Source: an uncultured Verrucomicrobiota bacterium (GTDB lineage: Bacteria; Verrucomicrobiota; Kiritimatiellia; CAIKKV01; CAITUY01). From it: DNA of 64,000 bases. The notes below the pieces were generated by a model. That model was given only the letters and a program-made list of their open reading frames with translations, did not search any database and had not been told where the DNA came from. The translations under genes and the position numbers were made by a program. Below are positions 38,078 through 48,003 of this stretch, piece by piece. The stretch's first letter is position 1. Every line of letters begins with the position of its first letter. The stretch is taken from the NCBI GenBank assembly GCA_964535015.1, contig CAZHRU010000001.1:18148-82147 (forward strand), written 5' to 3'.

Positions 38078-39141
38078 GTCTGGAAGACCTGAGAAAGGAG
38101 ATTGACCACATTGACGAGGAGCTCGTCGGTCTGCTCAATGCCCGGACTGGAGTGGCGTTGGAAATCGGCAAGGTGAAGCAGAAGGACGGGCAGGGGATCT
38201 ATGTTCCGGCCCGGGAGAAGGAAGTGCTCCGGCGGGTGACGGACCTGAACAAGGGTCCGTTGAAACCGGAGTCGATAAAGGCGATCTACCGGGAGGTGAT
38301 GTCGGCGGCGTTGGCGTTGGAGAAGAGTCTGAAGGTGGCGTACATGGGGCCGCCGGCCACGTTCTCGCACCAGGCGGCGCGGGGCAAGTTCGGCGGGAGT
38401 GTGGAGTATCTTTCCTGCGAAACGATCAGCGACGTCTTTGACGCGGTGGAAAAGGGAATGGCGGACTACGGGGTGGTGCCGGTTGAGAACTCGACGGAGG
38501 GGGCGGTGACGTTCACGCTGGACCGGATGGCGGAGACGACGCTCAAGATTTGCGCTGAAATCTATCTTCCCGTGTCGCAGTGTCTGCTGGCGCGCGTGCC
38601 GCGGGAACGCATCGAAAAACTGTACAGTCATCCGCAGGTGCTGGGGCAGTGCCGGCAATGGCTTCAGCGCGAGATGTCGGGCGTGGATACCATTCCGGTG
38701 GCCAGCACGGCGCGGGCGGCGGAACTGGCGGCCAAGGAGCCCAACAGCGGGGCCTTGGCGAGTCGCCTGGCGGCGGAACTGCACGGGTTGCAGATCCTTG
38801 ATGCGGATGTTCAGGACCTCAGCGGGAACACGACGCGTTTCGCGGTAATTGGGCAGGCTGATGGACGGGCGACGGGTGACGACAAGACGTCGCTTTGCTT
38901 CGCGGTGCAACACAAGGCGGGGGCGCTCTATGGCGCGTTGGAGTCCTTCAAGAAGTACGATCTGAACATGACCAAGATTGAGTCGCGTCCCAGCCGGAGC
39001 AAGGCGTGGGAGTATCTGTTCTTTGTGGACATTGACGGGCACAGTTCCGACGACAGGGTTACGAAGGCGCTGGCGGACATGTCCGGTCACTGTGTGCTGT
39101 TGAAGGTGCTGGGGTCCTATCCAAAAGCCAAAGGGTTGTGA
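38074..39141 (+). CDS. pheA: Bifunctional chorismate mutase / prephenate dehydratase
   Basis: CM domain LRKEIDHIDEELVGLL, PDT domain YMGPPATFSH...ENSTEGAV, and ACT domain TRF...SRPS. Confidence 0.9.
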   Translation: MSLEDLRKEIDHIDEELVGLLNARTGVALEIGKVKQKDGQGIYVPAREKEVLRRVTDLNKGPLKPESIKAIYREVMSAALALEKSLKVAYMGPPATFSHQAARGKFGGSVEYLSCETISDVFDAVEKGMADYGVVPVENSTEGAVTFTLDRMAETTLKICAEIYLPVSQCLLARVPRERIEKLYSHPQVLGQCRQWLQREMSGVDTIPVASTARAAELAAKEPNSGALASRLAAELHGLQILDADVQDLSGNTTRFAVIGQADGRATGDDKTSLCFAVQHKAGALYGALESFKKYDLNMTKIESRPSRSKAWEYLFFVDIDGHSSDDRVTKALADMSGHCVLLKVLGSYPKAKGL

Positions 39142-39144
39142 GTT

Positions 39145-40266
39145 ATGTCATCATTCAAGGAACTGGCGTGTCCGTGGGTATCCAGGCTGGGGGTGTATGA
39201 ACCTGGTCGTCCGATTGAGGAGGTGGCCAGGGAGGTAGGGTTGGCGTCGGCCGATGCCATTATCAAACTCGCCTCGAATGAGAACGCCCTGGGTCCGTCG
39301 CCCAAGGCGGTGGCGGCAATGCGGCAACAGGCGCGCCGGATGCACCTGTATCCGGATGGTGGTGCGTTTTACCTGCGGGAGGGGCTGGCGAATCATCTGA
39401 ATGTTGCGCCGGGGCAGGTGCTGGTTGGTTCCGGAAGCAACGAGTTGATTGAATTCATCGGCCATGTATTCCTCGATGCCGGGGTGAACCTGGTGATGGC
39501 GGACCGGGCTTTCGTGGTATACAAGTTGGTGGGGGATCTGTTCCGTGCGGAAACCATTATGGCGCCCATGAAGCAGTACACCCATGATCTGGATGCGATG
39601 CTGGCGGCGATAACCCCGCAGACGCGCGTGGTGTTTATCGCCAATCCCAACAATCCCACCGGAACGATGGTGAATGGCGCCGAACTGGACGCCTTTCTGC
39701 ATCAGGTTCCCGACCATGTGGTAACGGTGATTGATGAGGCGTACATTGAACTGCTTGCTCCTGTGGAACAGCCGGACACCCTGAAGCATGTGCGTGCGGG
39801 GCGGAAGGTTGTTTTGCTGCGCACGTTCAGCAAGATGTATGGGTTGGCCGGACTGCGCATTGGGTATGCGATTGCGCCTGAGGCTTGTATTGAGTTGTTG
39901 GCCCGAGTCCGCCAGCCATTCAATACGACGTCGATGGGGCAGGCGGCGGCCCTGGCGGCGCTCGAGGATGAGGCGCATGTACAACGGACGCGGAGGTTGG
40001 TGAAGGAGGGATTGGCGTATTTTGAGGCGGCGTTCCGCAAGATGGGCCTTGAATACGTGCCCTCCGTGGCGAATTTCATTCTGGTCAAGGTTGGGCGCGG
40101 GCGTGAGGTTTTTGAATCCATGCAGAGGAAGGGAGTGATTGTCCGCTGCATGGATCCATACCGGTTGCCGGATCATATCCGGATTACCACGGGAACGCCG
40201 CGGGAAAACCGGCGCTGCATCAAGGTGCTGGCCGAGGTGTTAATGGAACGGGACGTGCATTCATGA
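39145..40266 (+). CDS. hisC: Histidinol-phosphate / aromatic aminotransferase (class II)
   Basis: LASNENALGPSP, NPNNPTG and FSKMYGLAGLRIGY. Sits between pheA and tyrA. Confidence 0.85.
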   Translation: MSSFKELACPWVSRLGVYEPGRPIEEVAREVGLASADAIIKLASNENALGPSPKAVAAMRQQARRMHLYPDGGAFYLREGLANHLNVAPGQVLVGSGSNELIEFIGHVFLDAGVNLVMADRAFVVYKLVGDLFRAETIMAPMKQYTHDLDAMLAAITPQTRVVFIANPNNPTGTMVNGAELDAFLHQVPDHVVTVIDEAYIELLAPVEQPDTLKHVRAGRKVVLLRTFSKMYGLAGLRIGYAIAPEACIELLARVRQPFNTTSMGQAAALAALEDEAHVQRTRRLVKEGLAYFEAAFRKMGLEYVPSVANFILVKVGRGREVFESMQRKGVIVRCMDPYRLPDHIRITTGTPRENRRCIKVLAEVLMERDVHS

Positions 40267-41126
40267 TGACGGTGGCAATCATCGGAATGGGGTTGATGGG
40301 CGGGTCGCTCGGGATGGCGCTGCGGCGGAAGGGGTTGGTGCATGTGAAGGGGTATGCCCGGCGGGAGGAAACGCGAAGTGATGCACTGGCCATGGGGGCA
40401 GTGGACGAGGTGAGCCGGACACCGGCGGAGGCAGTCAGGGGGGCGGATCTGGTGGTCCTCTGCACGCCGGTCCTGACGATTCCGGCGCTGGTGAACGAAT
40501 GTCGGAGCGGGTTCGGGCCGGGAACGGTGGTGACCGACGTGGGAAGTACAAAGACCGAGCTGGTGAACCGGGTGATGCCGATTCTGGATGGAAGTGCGGT
40601 CCAGTTTGTGGGCAGTCATCCGATGGCGGGGGCTGAAAAGAGCGGGATTGAGGCGGCACGGGCGGACTTGTATGAGGGGGCGACGACGGCGGTGACGACG
40701 GCGCCGGGAGTGGCGGCGGCGGCGATTGATGCGGTCCGGGGTTTATGGACCGGTGTGGGAAGTCGAGTGATCCTGATGTCGGCGGAAGAGCATGATGCAT
40801 TGGTGGCGCGGACCAGTCATCTGCCTCATCTGGTGGCGAGTTTGCTGGTTACGGCGGCGGTCGGGGCGGAGGGAGATGACAAGTTCCGGGCGCTTTGCGG
40901 GCCTGGGTTCCGGGATACGACGCGGGTCGCCGGGGGGTCCCCGGACATGTGGCATGACATTGTGAAGACGAACCGGGGTGCGATTCTGGAGGCGTTGCAG
41001 AAATACCATGGTGAAATGGGCGAGTTAATAGCCGCCATCGAGCGCGGGGATTTCGAAGCGTTACGCGAGCAATTGGGCCGGGGGCGCCGACTGAGGGATC
41101 GCATTTTGCGCGGGAGTGGCGGATGA
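40263..41126 (+). CDS. tyrA: Prephenate dehydrogenase
   Basis: VAIIGMGLMGGSLG Rossmann motif, GSHPMAG and GFRDTTR. Confidence 0.85.
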   Translation: MMTVAIIGMGLMGGSLGMALRRKGLVHVKGYARREETRSDALAMGAVDEVSRTPAEAVRGADLVVLCTPVLTIPALVNECRSGFGPGTVVTDVGSTKTELVNRVMPILDGSAVQFVGSHPMAGAEKSGIEAARADLYEGATTAVTTAPGVAAAAIDAVRGLWTGVGSRVILMSAEEHDALVARTSHLPHLVASLLVTAAVGAEGDDKFRALCGPGFRDTTRVAGGSPDMWHDIVKTNRGAILEALQKYHGEMGELIAAIERGDFEALREQLGRGRRLRDRILRGSGG

Positions 41127-41817
41127 CGAGGTGGCGGGGCGGGCAGGAAGGGAGTTCCGGTTGGTGAAGGCCGTCATCTTTGATATGGATGGGGTGTTGA
41201 CCGATTCCGAGCCACTGATTTGTGCGGCGGCGATGGCGATGTTCCGGGAGCGGGGCGTGACCGTGACGCCCGCGGATTTCCATCCGTTTGTGGGAACCGG
41301 CGAGAACCGGTATCTGGGCGGTGTGGCCGAACAGTACGGCGTGGTGTTGGATATCCAGGAAGCCAAGGCGCGGACCTATGCACTGTATCTGGCGATGGTG
41401 CCCGCGCAGTTGGAGTCGTTTCCGGGGGCGGTGGATCTGGTGCTGACGTGTCGGGCCGCCGGGGTGCTTTGCGCCGTTGCCTCAAGTGCCGACCGCATCA
41501 AGATCGAAGCCAACTTGAACAAGATCGGATTGCCGCCCTCGACGTGGGATGCCATTGTGACGGCTGAGGATGTGGAGCGGCGCAAACCCTTTCCGGACCT
41601 GTTCCTGAAGGCGGCCCTGTGTCTCGGCGTGCAGGCCGGCGAGTGTACGGTGATCGAGGATGCAGTCAACGGGATTGCCGCGGCGAAAGCGGCGGGGATG
41701 CGGTGCGTGGCGGTGGCCTCTACGTTTGGCGTCTCCGAGTTGAAGCAGGCGGATCTCGTGCGGAACTCCATTGCCGACGTTACGCTTGACGATCTGGGTG
41801 GAGTGCGGAGGGGTTAA
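41116..41817 (+). CDS. HAD-superfamily hydrolase (beta-phosphoglucomutase-like subfamily)
   Basis: VIFDMDGVLTDSE motif I. Motifs II-IV are SSA..., K.KP.PD.F and EDAVNGIAAAKAAGM. Confidence 0.75.
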   Translation: MADDEVAGRAGREFRLVKAVIFDMDGVLTDSEPLICAAAMAMFRERGVTVTPADFHPFVGTGENRYLGGVAEQYGVVLDIQEAKARTYALYLAMVPAQLESFPGAVDLVLTCRAAGVLCAVASSADRIKIEANLNKIGLPPSTWDAIVTAEDVERRKPFPDLFLKAALCLGVQAGECTVIEDAVNGIAAAKAAGMRCVAVASTFGVSELKQADLVRNSIADVTLDDLGGVRRG

Positions 41818-43643
41818 GTCGTTCCCAGGTAGCGGCGCAGAATGATTTCCCCGGTGTCCCAACGCTGAAGTCGCTTCAGGTCGGTGGTGAGTTGCTGGGA
41901 TTGCTCCATCAAAGCGTTTTTATCGGGTTCGTGGGAGGCATCGAGGGACTGTTGCTCCAGATCCCGGCATCGCCGTTGTAATTCGGCGCGCCACAATCCG
42001 AGGATCAGGGATTCGACGGCATCCCGGCGGCTGAATTCCGTGCCGATTTTTGACGGGGCGCTCAGTACTCTGGCCGCGAAGGTGGATAGTCCCCGGTTAT
42101 CATCATCCACCCGACTCAGGACGGTCATAAGGTCCTCCCGTTCCGTGCGGGAAAGGAGGACCGCTTCGATGAAACGCCGGCAGAGGGGGTCTGTGATCAT
42201 GGTCACGGGCAGATAGGTCTGGACGAGATCCACGAGATCGGGACTGGCGCCGATATGCTCGGTGAGCATCTCCTCATTCCGGGGGGTGGGATTGCCGGAT
42301 ACCACTGCGGGCGTGTCAGCCGTTTGTCCGGCCGCCTGCCGGAGCATGGGGCGCAATTCCGACTGAAGCGCGGCGAGCGAGACATTCAACCGGCGAGCGG
42401 CGTTCTGAAGCAGGACGTCCCGTTGAATGGCGTTGGGGGCTTGACTGATGGTGGAAAGGATGGCGCGACTCACGCGCATCAAGCCGGCCTCGGAGCGCAT
42501 ATCCTCACGGGAGACCAGGAGGTTGATTTGGAAATCGAGAGCGGGAACCGCCTGCTGGAGGATACGCTGAAAGGCGGCGGCGCCCTCGCGCAGGATCAGG
42601 GAATCGGGATCCTCGCCCTGGGGAAGGGAGGCGATGCGGACGGCGAGGCCGGCCCGCAGGAAGATGTGGTTGGCGCGCAGGGCGGCGTTACGGCCGGCTT
42701 CATCGGAATCGAAAACGAGTATGATCCCATCGGCATAGCGGCGCAGGATGCGGGCATGGTCCTCGGTAAACGCTGTGCCCTGGGCGGCGACGGCATTGGT
42801 GAAGCCGGCCTGATGGCAGCGGATGACGTCAATCTGACCCTCGCAAACGATGGCCTCCCGTTTATCGGCGATTTCCCGCCGGGCGCGGTCAAGTGCGTAG
42901 AGGATGTGACTCTTCCTGAACACAGGCGTTTCCGGACTATTGACGTACTTGGCGATCTTGGCGTCCTTGATGAGGGTTCGTCCGCTGAATCCGATAACGC
43001 GGCCCTGCTCGTTCCGGATGGGGAACATGATCCGACCACGGAACCGGTCGTAATAACTTCCCGCGTTGGGGCCGTCATCCCGATGGGCCAGCAGACCGGC
43101 CAATTCCAAGGTTGATGGGGAGAAGTTGTTGCGTTTGGCCCACTCGAGCAGCGAATCCCGTTTTTCGGGGGCGTAGCCGATCAGGAACGATTCGGCAATG
43201 TCGCCGGTTAACTTCCGTTGTTCAAGGTAGTCCCTGGCATTTTGGGCGTCGGGACTTTTCATCAGCATCTTATGATAGTCGAGGGCGAGTTTCTCGTGGA
43301 TGGTGAGAAGGAGGTCGCGCTCGCCGGAGGGTTGTGATCCTTTCTCAAATTCGACAGGAACGCCTGCCTTTTCGGCGAGGATCTTGATGGCCATGGGGAA
43401 GTCCACCTGTTCGTATAGCATAACGAACTTGAATACATCCCCGCCCGCGCCGCAGCCGAAGCAGTGAAACATCTGCCGCTGGGCGTTCACATGGAACGAA
43501 GGCGTCTTCTCCTTGTGAAAGGGGCAGAGCGTCTTGATCGCCCCGCTCTTTCGTGGCAGGGTGATATAGGCGTCAATGATATCCACGATGTCGCAGCGGA
43601 AGCGAATATCATCGAGAACGTTCTTGGCGATCATTGCTCCCAT
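41814..43643 (-). CDS. dnaG: DNA primase
   Basis: Zinc-ribbon CPFHKEKTPSFHVN...FHCFGCGAGGD plus a TOPRIM region EGQIDV...DSDEAG. Confidence 0.92.
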   Translation of the reverse strand: MGAMIAKNVLDDIRFRCDIVDIIDAYITLPRKSGAIKTLCPFHKEKTPSFHVNAQRQMFHCFGCGAGGDVFKFVMLYEQVDFPMAIKILAEKAGVPVEFEKGSQPSGERDLLLTIHEKLALDYHKMLMKSPDAQNARDYLEQRKLTGDIAESFLIGYAPEKRDSLLEWAKRNNFSPSTLELAGLLAHRDDGPNAGSYYDRFRGRIMFPIRNEQGRVIGFSGRTLIKDAKIAKYVNSPETPVFRKSHILYALDRARREIADKREAIVCEGQIDVIRCHQAGFTNAVAAQGTAFTEDHARILRRYADGIILVFDSDEAGRNAALRANHIFLRAGLAVRIASLPQGEDPDSLILREGAAAFQRILQQAVPALDFQINLLVSREDMRSEAGLMRVSRAILSTISQAPNAIQRDVLLQNAARRLNVSLAALQSELRPMLRQAAGQTADTPAVVSGNPTPRNEEMLTEHIGASPDLVDLVQTYLPVTMITDPLCRRFIEAVLLSRTEREDLMTVLSRVDDDNRGLSTFAARVLSAPSKIGTEFSRRDAVESLILGLWRAELQRRCRDLEQQSLDASHEPDKNALMEQSQQLTTDLKRLQRWDTGEIILRRYLGTT

Positions 43644-44200
43644 CGTTCCCGCCTGCTGGTACGTTCCTCGCGTGCTCTTTGGATCACATTACGCGTGGTG
43701 CCAATCTCGTCTTTGATTGATCTGGATATCCGGGATTCGACGCCGATGAGATGGCTGCCGATAAAGGAGTCCCGTCCAACGGCGTCAGGGTGCCGATCCC
43801 ACGGAATGACATTCAGAAAGACGACGATCAGAACAACGAAGGCCGATGAACTGACGAAGCCGGCCAGGGCGCCCCCCAAACGGTCCACCCATGCGGTAAA
43901 AGTTACCCTGACGATGTGGCCGGCAACGGAGTGTATGGCCAGCACGACAAGGAGAGGAACCACGACCACTGAGATCAAGGCGATCAGACGGGCGAGTTCA
44001 AAAGGCATCTGGTAGTGTTGGATGAGCCATGCCTTGCAGGGGTCGTATCCGAGGATCGCGCAGGCGGTTATGGAAAGGCCCGCAAGGAAAACGGCAATCT
44101 GACCGGTCAACCCCTGTTTCAGGCCCAGGAGTGTCCAAAACAGCACGACGGCGCCGGCTATCATGTCCACGTAGTTGATGTGTTCCATGAGTTCATTCAT
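43631..44200 (-). CDS. cvpA: CvpA-family membrane protein
   Basis: 189 aa with four hydrophobic segments. N-terminal pattern D..I..VVLFWTLLGLKQGL is typical of CvpA. Overlaps the dnaG start by 13 nt. Confidence 0.65.
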   Translation of the reverse strand: MNELMEHINYVDMIAGAVVLFWTLLGLKQGLTGQIAVFLAGLSITACAILGYDPCKAWLIQHYQMPFELARLIALISVVVVPLLVVLAIHSVAGHIVRVTFTAWVDRLGGALAGFVSSSAFVVLIVVFLNVIPWDRHPDAVGRDSFIGSHLIGVESRISRSIKDEIGTTRNVIQRAREERTSRRERWEQ

Positions 44201-44269
44201 ACGATATGCTCCTTATGAGCATAGTGGATAGCACCCTTCATGCCAAGTGCCGGTCTTTTTTTGCGCCGG

Positions 44270-45487
44270 TCAGTTGTGGTATTTCAGCCAATCGCGTGCA
44301 AGTTGAGCGTACGGGCCTTGGGGGGCCAGTTCGGTATAGGTCTTGAATTCCTGATGGGCCAGATTGGCGGTGGCGGGGTTTTCTGCGAAGATGAGACCAA
44401 GGGCATGGTGTGCCTGGGCATAGGAGGGGGACCGGGCGAGAAGGGAACGCAGGAGTTCGATGGCGGCGTCGGCTTGTCCCTGTTCCCGCAGGACAAGGGC
44501 CAGCATGTACTGGGCGTCCGCCAAGCCGGGGTCGAGGTCCAGGGCCTGCTGGAAAGCCTGTCGGGCTTCGATCGCCTTCTTCTGCTGGCGGAAGATCAGC
44601 CCGAGGTTGTAGTGGGCCGTGGCCATGGCAGGATCGGAGCGAAGGGCGCGACCATAGTCCTCGATGGCGCGATCGAGATTCCCGCCGATATGATTCCGGA
44701 CACCGCTGTTGTAGGCTTCTGTTGCGGCGGGAGAGTGGCGGGCGGGTGGCGGGCGGGGTGTTGCGGTTGGGGGTTGGGGCTTGGCGGTGGGCGGGGGATT
44801 GCTCGTGCGTTCCGTCGGCAAGCGTGTCGCGGTGGTTGGCGGAGGAGGTGCCGACTGAACGGTCCGAAGTTGATTGAGTGCCTGACGCGCATAGTCCTTG
44901 CGTTCGCTGTCGCCGGCAACGGCAAGATAGCGTTCAAAGCACTGAGCGGCTTCAGAGGGGTTGTCCAGGTGATCCCGGAGGATGAGGGCCAGATCGAACA
45001 GGGCGGGGGAGTAATTGGGTGCAAATCCCAGAACCTGCTGGAGACGGGTTCTGGCGGCTTGAGGTCCGGAGAGTTTCAATTCAGCGATGGCAAGGGCGGT
45101 CTGTAAACGGGGGGAGCGGGCGTCGCGATGCTCTGCCTCCAAAAGCAATTCGAGCGTCATGCGTGAGCGTCCGTCGTTGGCCGCGATGGCGGCCATAAAC
45201 TCAAGCGGGCGCGGGTCCTCTGGCGCCAGATCGGCGGCGCGGCGGAATCCGGCAAGGGCCGCGTCGGCCTGGCCGAGTTTCATGCGGGCGATGGCCAGGT
45301 TCGCGTGGATGGAAGGGTTATCCGGTGAAGTTTCCGCCAGTTCCGACAACAGCGACTCGGCCACGGCGGGGTTGTTCCGTTCAATGGCCTGCAGGGCGCG
45401 GTCAACCGGATCGCGGCGGCACCCGAACGGGATCAAGAGGCCTATGCCCAGTACAGGAACGAAAATCGTGTAGAAATGATGTCTCAT
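44270..45487 (-). CDS. TPR-repeat lipoprotein with a central Pro/Thr-rich linker
   Basis: Start MRHHFYTIFVPVLGIGLLIPFGC (lipobox-like). Multiple TPR units (A..Y..AL..DP). The track ORF extension to 46450 is antisense to nfnA and is rejected. Confidence 0.65.
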   Translation of the reverse strand: MRHHFYTIFVPVLGIGLLIPFGCRRDPVDRALQAIERNNPAVAESLLSELAETSPDNPSIHANLAIARMKLGQADAALAGFRRAADLAPEDPRPLEFMAAIAANDGRSRMTLELLLEAEHRDARSPRLQTALAIAELKLSGPQAARTRLQQVLGFAPNYSPALFDLALILRDHLDNPSEAAQCFERYLAVAGDSERKDYARQALNQLRTVQSAPPPPTTATRLPTERTSNPPPTAKPQPPTATPRPPPARHSPAATEAYNSGVRNHIGGNLDRAIEDYGRALRSDPAMATAHYNLGLIFRQQKKAIEARQAFQQALDLDPGLADAQYMLALVLREQGQADAAIELLRSLLARSPSYAQAHHALGLIFAENPATANLAHQEFKTYTELAPQGPYAQLARDWLKYHN

Positions 45488-45610
45488 GGCTAAGGGGTCC
45501 AATTGAGCTTTGAAGTATACCATCGTGGCGGCGGTTGGCAATCGGGATTGGGCTTGAAAGGCAGGGGAGGCTGTCGTAATGTTTCGCGCCTCAGAGGACG
45601 GGAGCAGCGG

Positions 45611-46471
45611 ATGAACAGGATTCTCGAAAAGAAACAATTGTCTGATGATGTCTTCCTGATGCGGGTGGAAGCGCCGTTGATTGCGCGGGAACGGTTGCCA
45701 GGTCAGTTTGTGATCGTGCAGATCGACAACGACTATGGCGAGCGGATTCCCCTGACGATTGCGGATGCCGACATGGCGGCGGGGTCTGTCACCTTGATTT
45801 TTCAAGCGGTGGGGAAGACGACGCGGAAACTGGCCGAAAAGCAGCCTGGGGACGGGATTGAGAGTGTCGTCGGGCCACTGGGCCGCCCGACGCACATCGA
45901 GAAGTTCGGTACGGTGGTCTGCGTGGGGGGCGGCATTGGCGTCGCCCCGCTGCATCCGATCGCCAAAGGGATGAAGGCGGCGGGGAACCGGCTGGTCATC
46001 ATTGTCGGGGCGCGGACGAGGAACCTGATTATTCTGGAAGAGGAGATGCGCGGGTTGGCCGATGAATTCATTGTTTACACCGATGACGGTTCCTATGGCC
46101 CGAAGGGATTGGTCACCGATCCGTTGAAGGAGGTGTGCGGGCGCACGCCGAAGCCCGACCTCGCGGTGGCCATTGGACCGCCGATCATGATGAAGTTTTG
46201 CGCGGAGGCGACGCGTCCATTCGGCGTACCCACTGTGGTTTCGCTGAACACCATTATGATTGATGGTACCGGGATGTGTGGCGGGTGCCGGGTGACCGTG
46301 GGCGGGAAGACCAAGTTTGTCTGTGTAGATGGTCCGGAGTTTGACGGACATCTTGTTGATTTTGACAACATGATGCAACGATTGCGTGCCTACAAACCGA
46401 TAGAGGAGAAGGCACACGCGCGCTGCAAGATGGAAATTGAAGCGAAGCAAAAGGAGCGGAAGGGGTCATGA
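45611..46471 (+). CDS. NfnA / SudB-like FAD- and 2Fe-2S-binding subunit (PyrK-like)
   Basis: PGQFVIVQI, RIPLTIAD, GGGIGVAPL and C-terminal DGTGMCGGCRV. The start is taken at MNRILEKK. Confidence 0.75.
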   Translation: MNRILEKKQLSDDVFLMRVEAPLIARERLPGQFVIVQIDNDYGERIPLTIADADMAAGSVTLIFQAVGKTTRKLAEKQPGDGIESVVGPLGRPTHIEKFGTVVCVGGGIGVAPLHPIAKGMKAAGNRLVIIVGARTRNLIILEEEMRGLADEFIVYTDDGSYGPKGLVTDPLKEVCGRTPKPDLAVAIGPPIMMKFCAEATRPFGVPTVVSLNTIMIDGTGMCGGCRVTVGGKTKFVCVDGPEFDGHLVDFDNMMQRLRAYKPIEEKAHARCKMEIEAKQKERKGS

Positions 46472-47958
46472 GTCACAGCGCACCCGAACTACTGGCGAAG
46501 GAGGCCCGCGAACAGTTGGCGGCGGTCTTGAATCGTCCTGCAGCGTTGACCCCGAAGGATCGTCTGGCCGTGCCGATGCAGGATATGCCTTCACAGGACC
46601 CGCTGATCCGACGCACCAACATGTCCGAAGTATCGTTAGGTTATACGGCGGAGCAGGCGCGTCTGGAGTCGATGCGTTGCCTGCAGTGCCGAAACGCGCC
46701 CTGTGTCGAAGGGTGTCCGGTCCGGATTGACATTCCGGGGTTTCTCAAGGCGGCGGCCGAGGGCGATTTCCAGAAATCAATCCAGGTGATCAAGGCTAGC
46801 AGTCTGCTGCCTGCCGTGTGCGGGCGAGTTTGCCCGCAAGAGACGCAATGCCAGGAGAATTGCACCACAGGAAAGGCCCTGAAAGGCAAAGAGAAGGCAG
46901 TGTCAATCGGTCGAGTGGAGCGGTTTGTGGCGGACTTGGAGCGGGAATCGGGCAGGACAGAAGCGCCAACGGTGAAGCCGGAGACTGGGCGCAAGGTGGC
47001 CGTGATCGGCACGGGGCCGGCGAGTATTACGGTGGCGGCTGATGTACGTCGCGAGGGACATACGGTGGTGATGTTCGAGGCCTTTCATAAGCCGGGCGGT
47101 GTCATGGTGTATGGGATCCCGGAATTCCGGCTGCCCAAGCACATTGTGCAGAAGGAAGTGGACGCCTTGTTGGCCATGGGCGTGCAACTTCACACCAACT
47201 TTGTGGTGGGGCGCACCCGTAAAATCAAGGATCTTCTGGGTGCGGACGGATTTGACGCGGTGTTTATCGGAACGGGTGCCGGCCTTCCGAAATTCATGGG
47301 GATAGAGGGAGAGAATCTGGTGGGGGTATTCTCGGCCAACGAATATCTGACGCGCTCCAACCTGATGCGCGCCTACGATCGTGAACGGGCGGACACGCCG
47401 ATTTATCCCTCGCGCAAGGTAGCAGTGCTAGGCGGCGGGAATGTGGCGATGGATGCGGCGCGAACGGCGGTACGTCTGGGGGCGGAGGAGGTTCGCATTG
47501 TGTACCGGCGCACCGAAGTGGAAATGCCCGCGCGGGTCGAGGAGGTCGAACACGCGAAGGAGGAGGGGGTGATCTTCCATCTGTTGCAGAATGCCAAGCG
47601 GATTCTGGGCGACGAGAAAGGGTGCGTGACAGGGTTGGAGTGTCTGCGTTACGACCTTGGAGAGCCGGATGTGTCGGGGCGTCGTCGTCCGATTGAGGTT
47701 GCGGGTAGTGAGTTCATTATGGATGTGGATACGGTGATTGTCGCCATCGGCAACGATTCCAATCCGCTGATTCCGGCGACCACGGACGGGCTGAACGTCA
47801 GCAAGTGGGGCAACATCGTCGTGGACGGCACCGGCAAGACCTCGCTGGACCGTGTCTATGCGGGAGGCGATATCGTGCTGGGAGCGGCGACGGTTATTCT
47901 GGCCATGGGTGAGGGGCGCCGTGCGGCCGCCTCCATTAACGCGCTCTTGAAGGGATAG
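46468..47958 (+). CDS. NfnB / GltD-like NADPH-dependent oxidoreductase (glutamate synthase small-chain family)
   Basis: CLQCRNAPCVEGCP and CGRVCPQETQC Fe-S motifs. VAVIGTGPAS and VLGGGNVAMD dinucleotide folds. ATGA overlap with the upstream gene. Confidence 0.8.
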   Translation: MSHSAPELLAKEAREQLAAVLNRPAALTPKDRLAVPMQDMPSQDPLIRRTNMSEVSLGYTAEQARLESMRCLQCRNAPCVEGCPVRIDIPGFLKAAAEGDFQKSIQVIKASSLLPAVCGRVCPQETQCQENCTTGKALKGKEKAVSIGRVERFVADLERESGRTEAPTVKPETGRKVAVIGTGPASITVAADVRREGHTVVMFEAFHKPGGVMVYGIPEFRLPKHIVQKEVDALLAMGVQLHTNFVVGRTRKIKDLLGADGFDAVFIGTGAGLPKFMGIEGENLVGVFSANEYLTRSNLMRAYDRERADTPIYPSRKVAVLGGGNVAMDAARTAVRLGAEEVRIVYRRTEVEMPARVEEVEHAKEEGVIFHLLQNAKRILGDEKGCVTGLECLRYDLGEPDVSGRRRPIEVAGSEFIMDVDTVIVAIGNDSNPLIPATTDGLNVSKWGNIVVDGTGKTSLDRVYAGGDIVLGAATVILAMGEGRRAAASINALLKG

Positions 47959-48003
47959 TCGGCCATTGATTGTTGGTCCTGGAGCGGTTCCGCAGGGCGG
48001 ATC

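Noticed and set aside
41814-41817. Convergent HAD and dnaG genes share overlapping stop codons (TTAA)
   Set aside because: This is real but trivial compaction with no evident functional implication.
45536-45552. Sigma-54-like sequence TGGCAATCGGGATTGGG upstream of the nfnA-like gene
   Set aside because: The GG-to-GC spacing is off by one and the -12 element reads TTGG rather than TTGC.
44270-46450. 726-aa minus-strand ORF spanning the TPR gene and the region antisense to the nfnA-like gene
   Set aside because: The first 321 residues are Arg/His/Pro-rich and lie exactly antisense to a homology-supported plus-strand gene. A lipoprotein-type start (MRHHFYTIFVPVLGIGLLIPFGC) at 45487 gives a coherent TPR protein.
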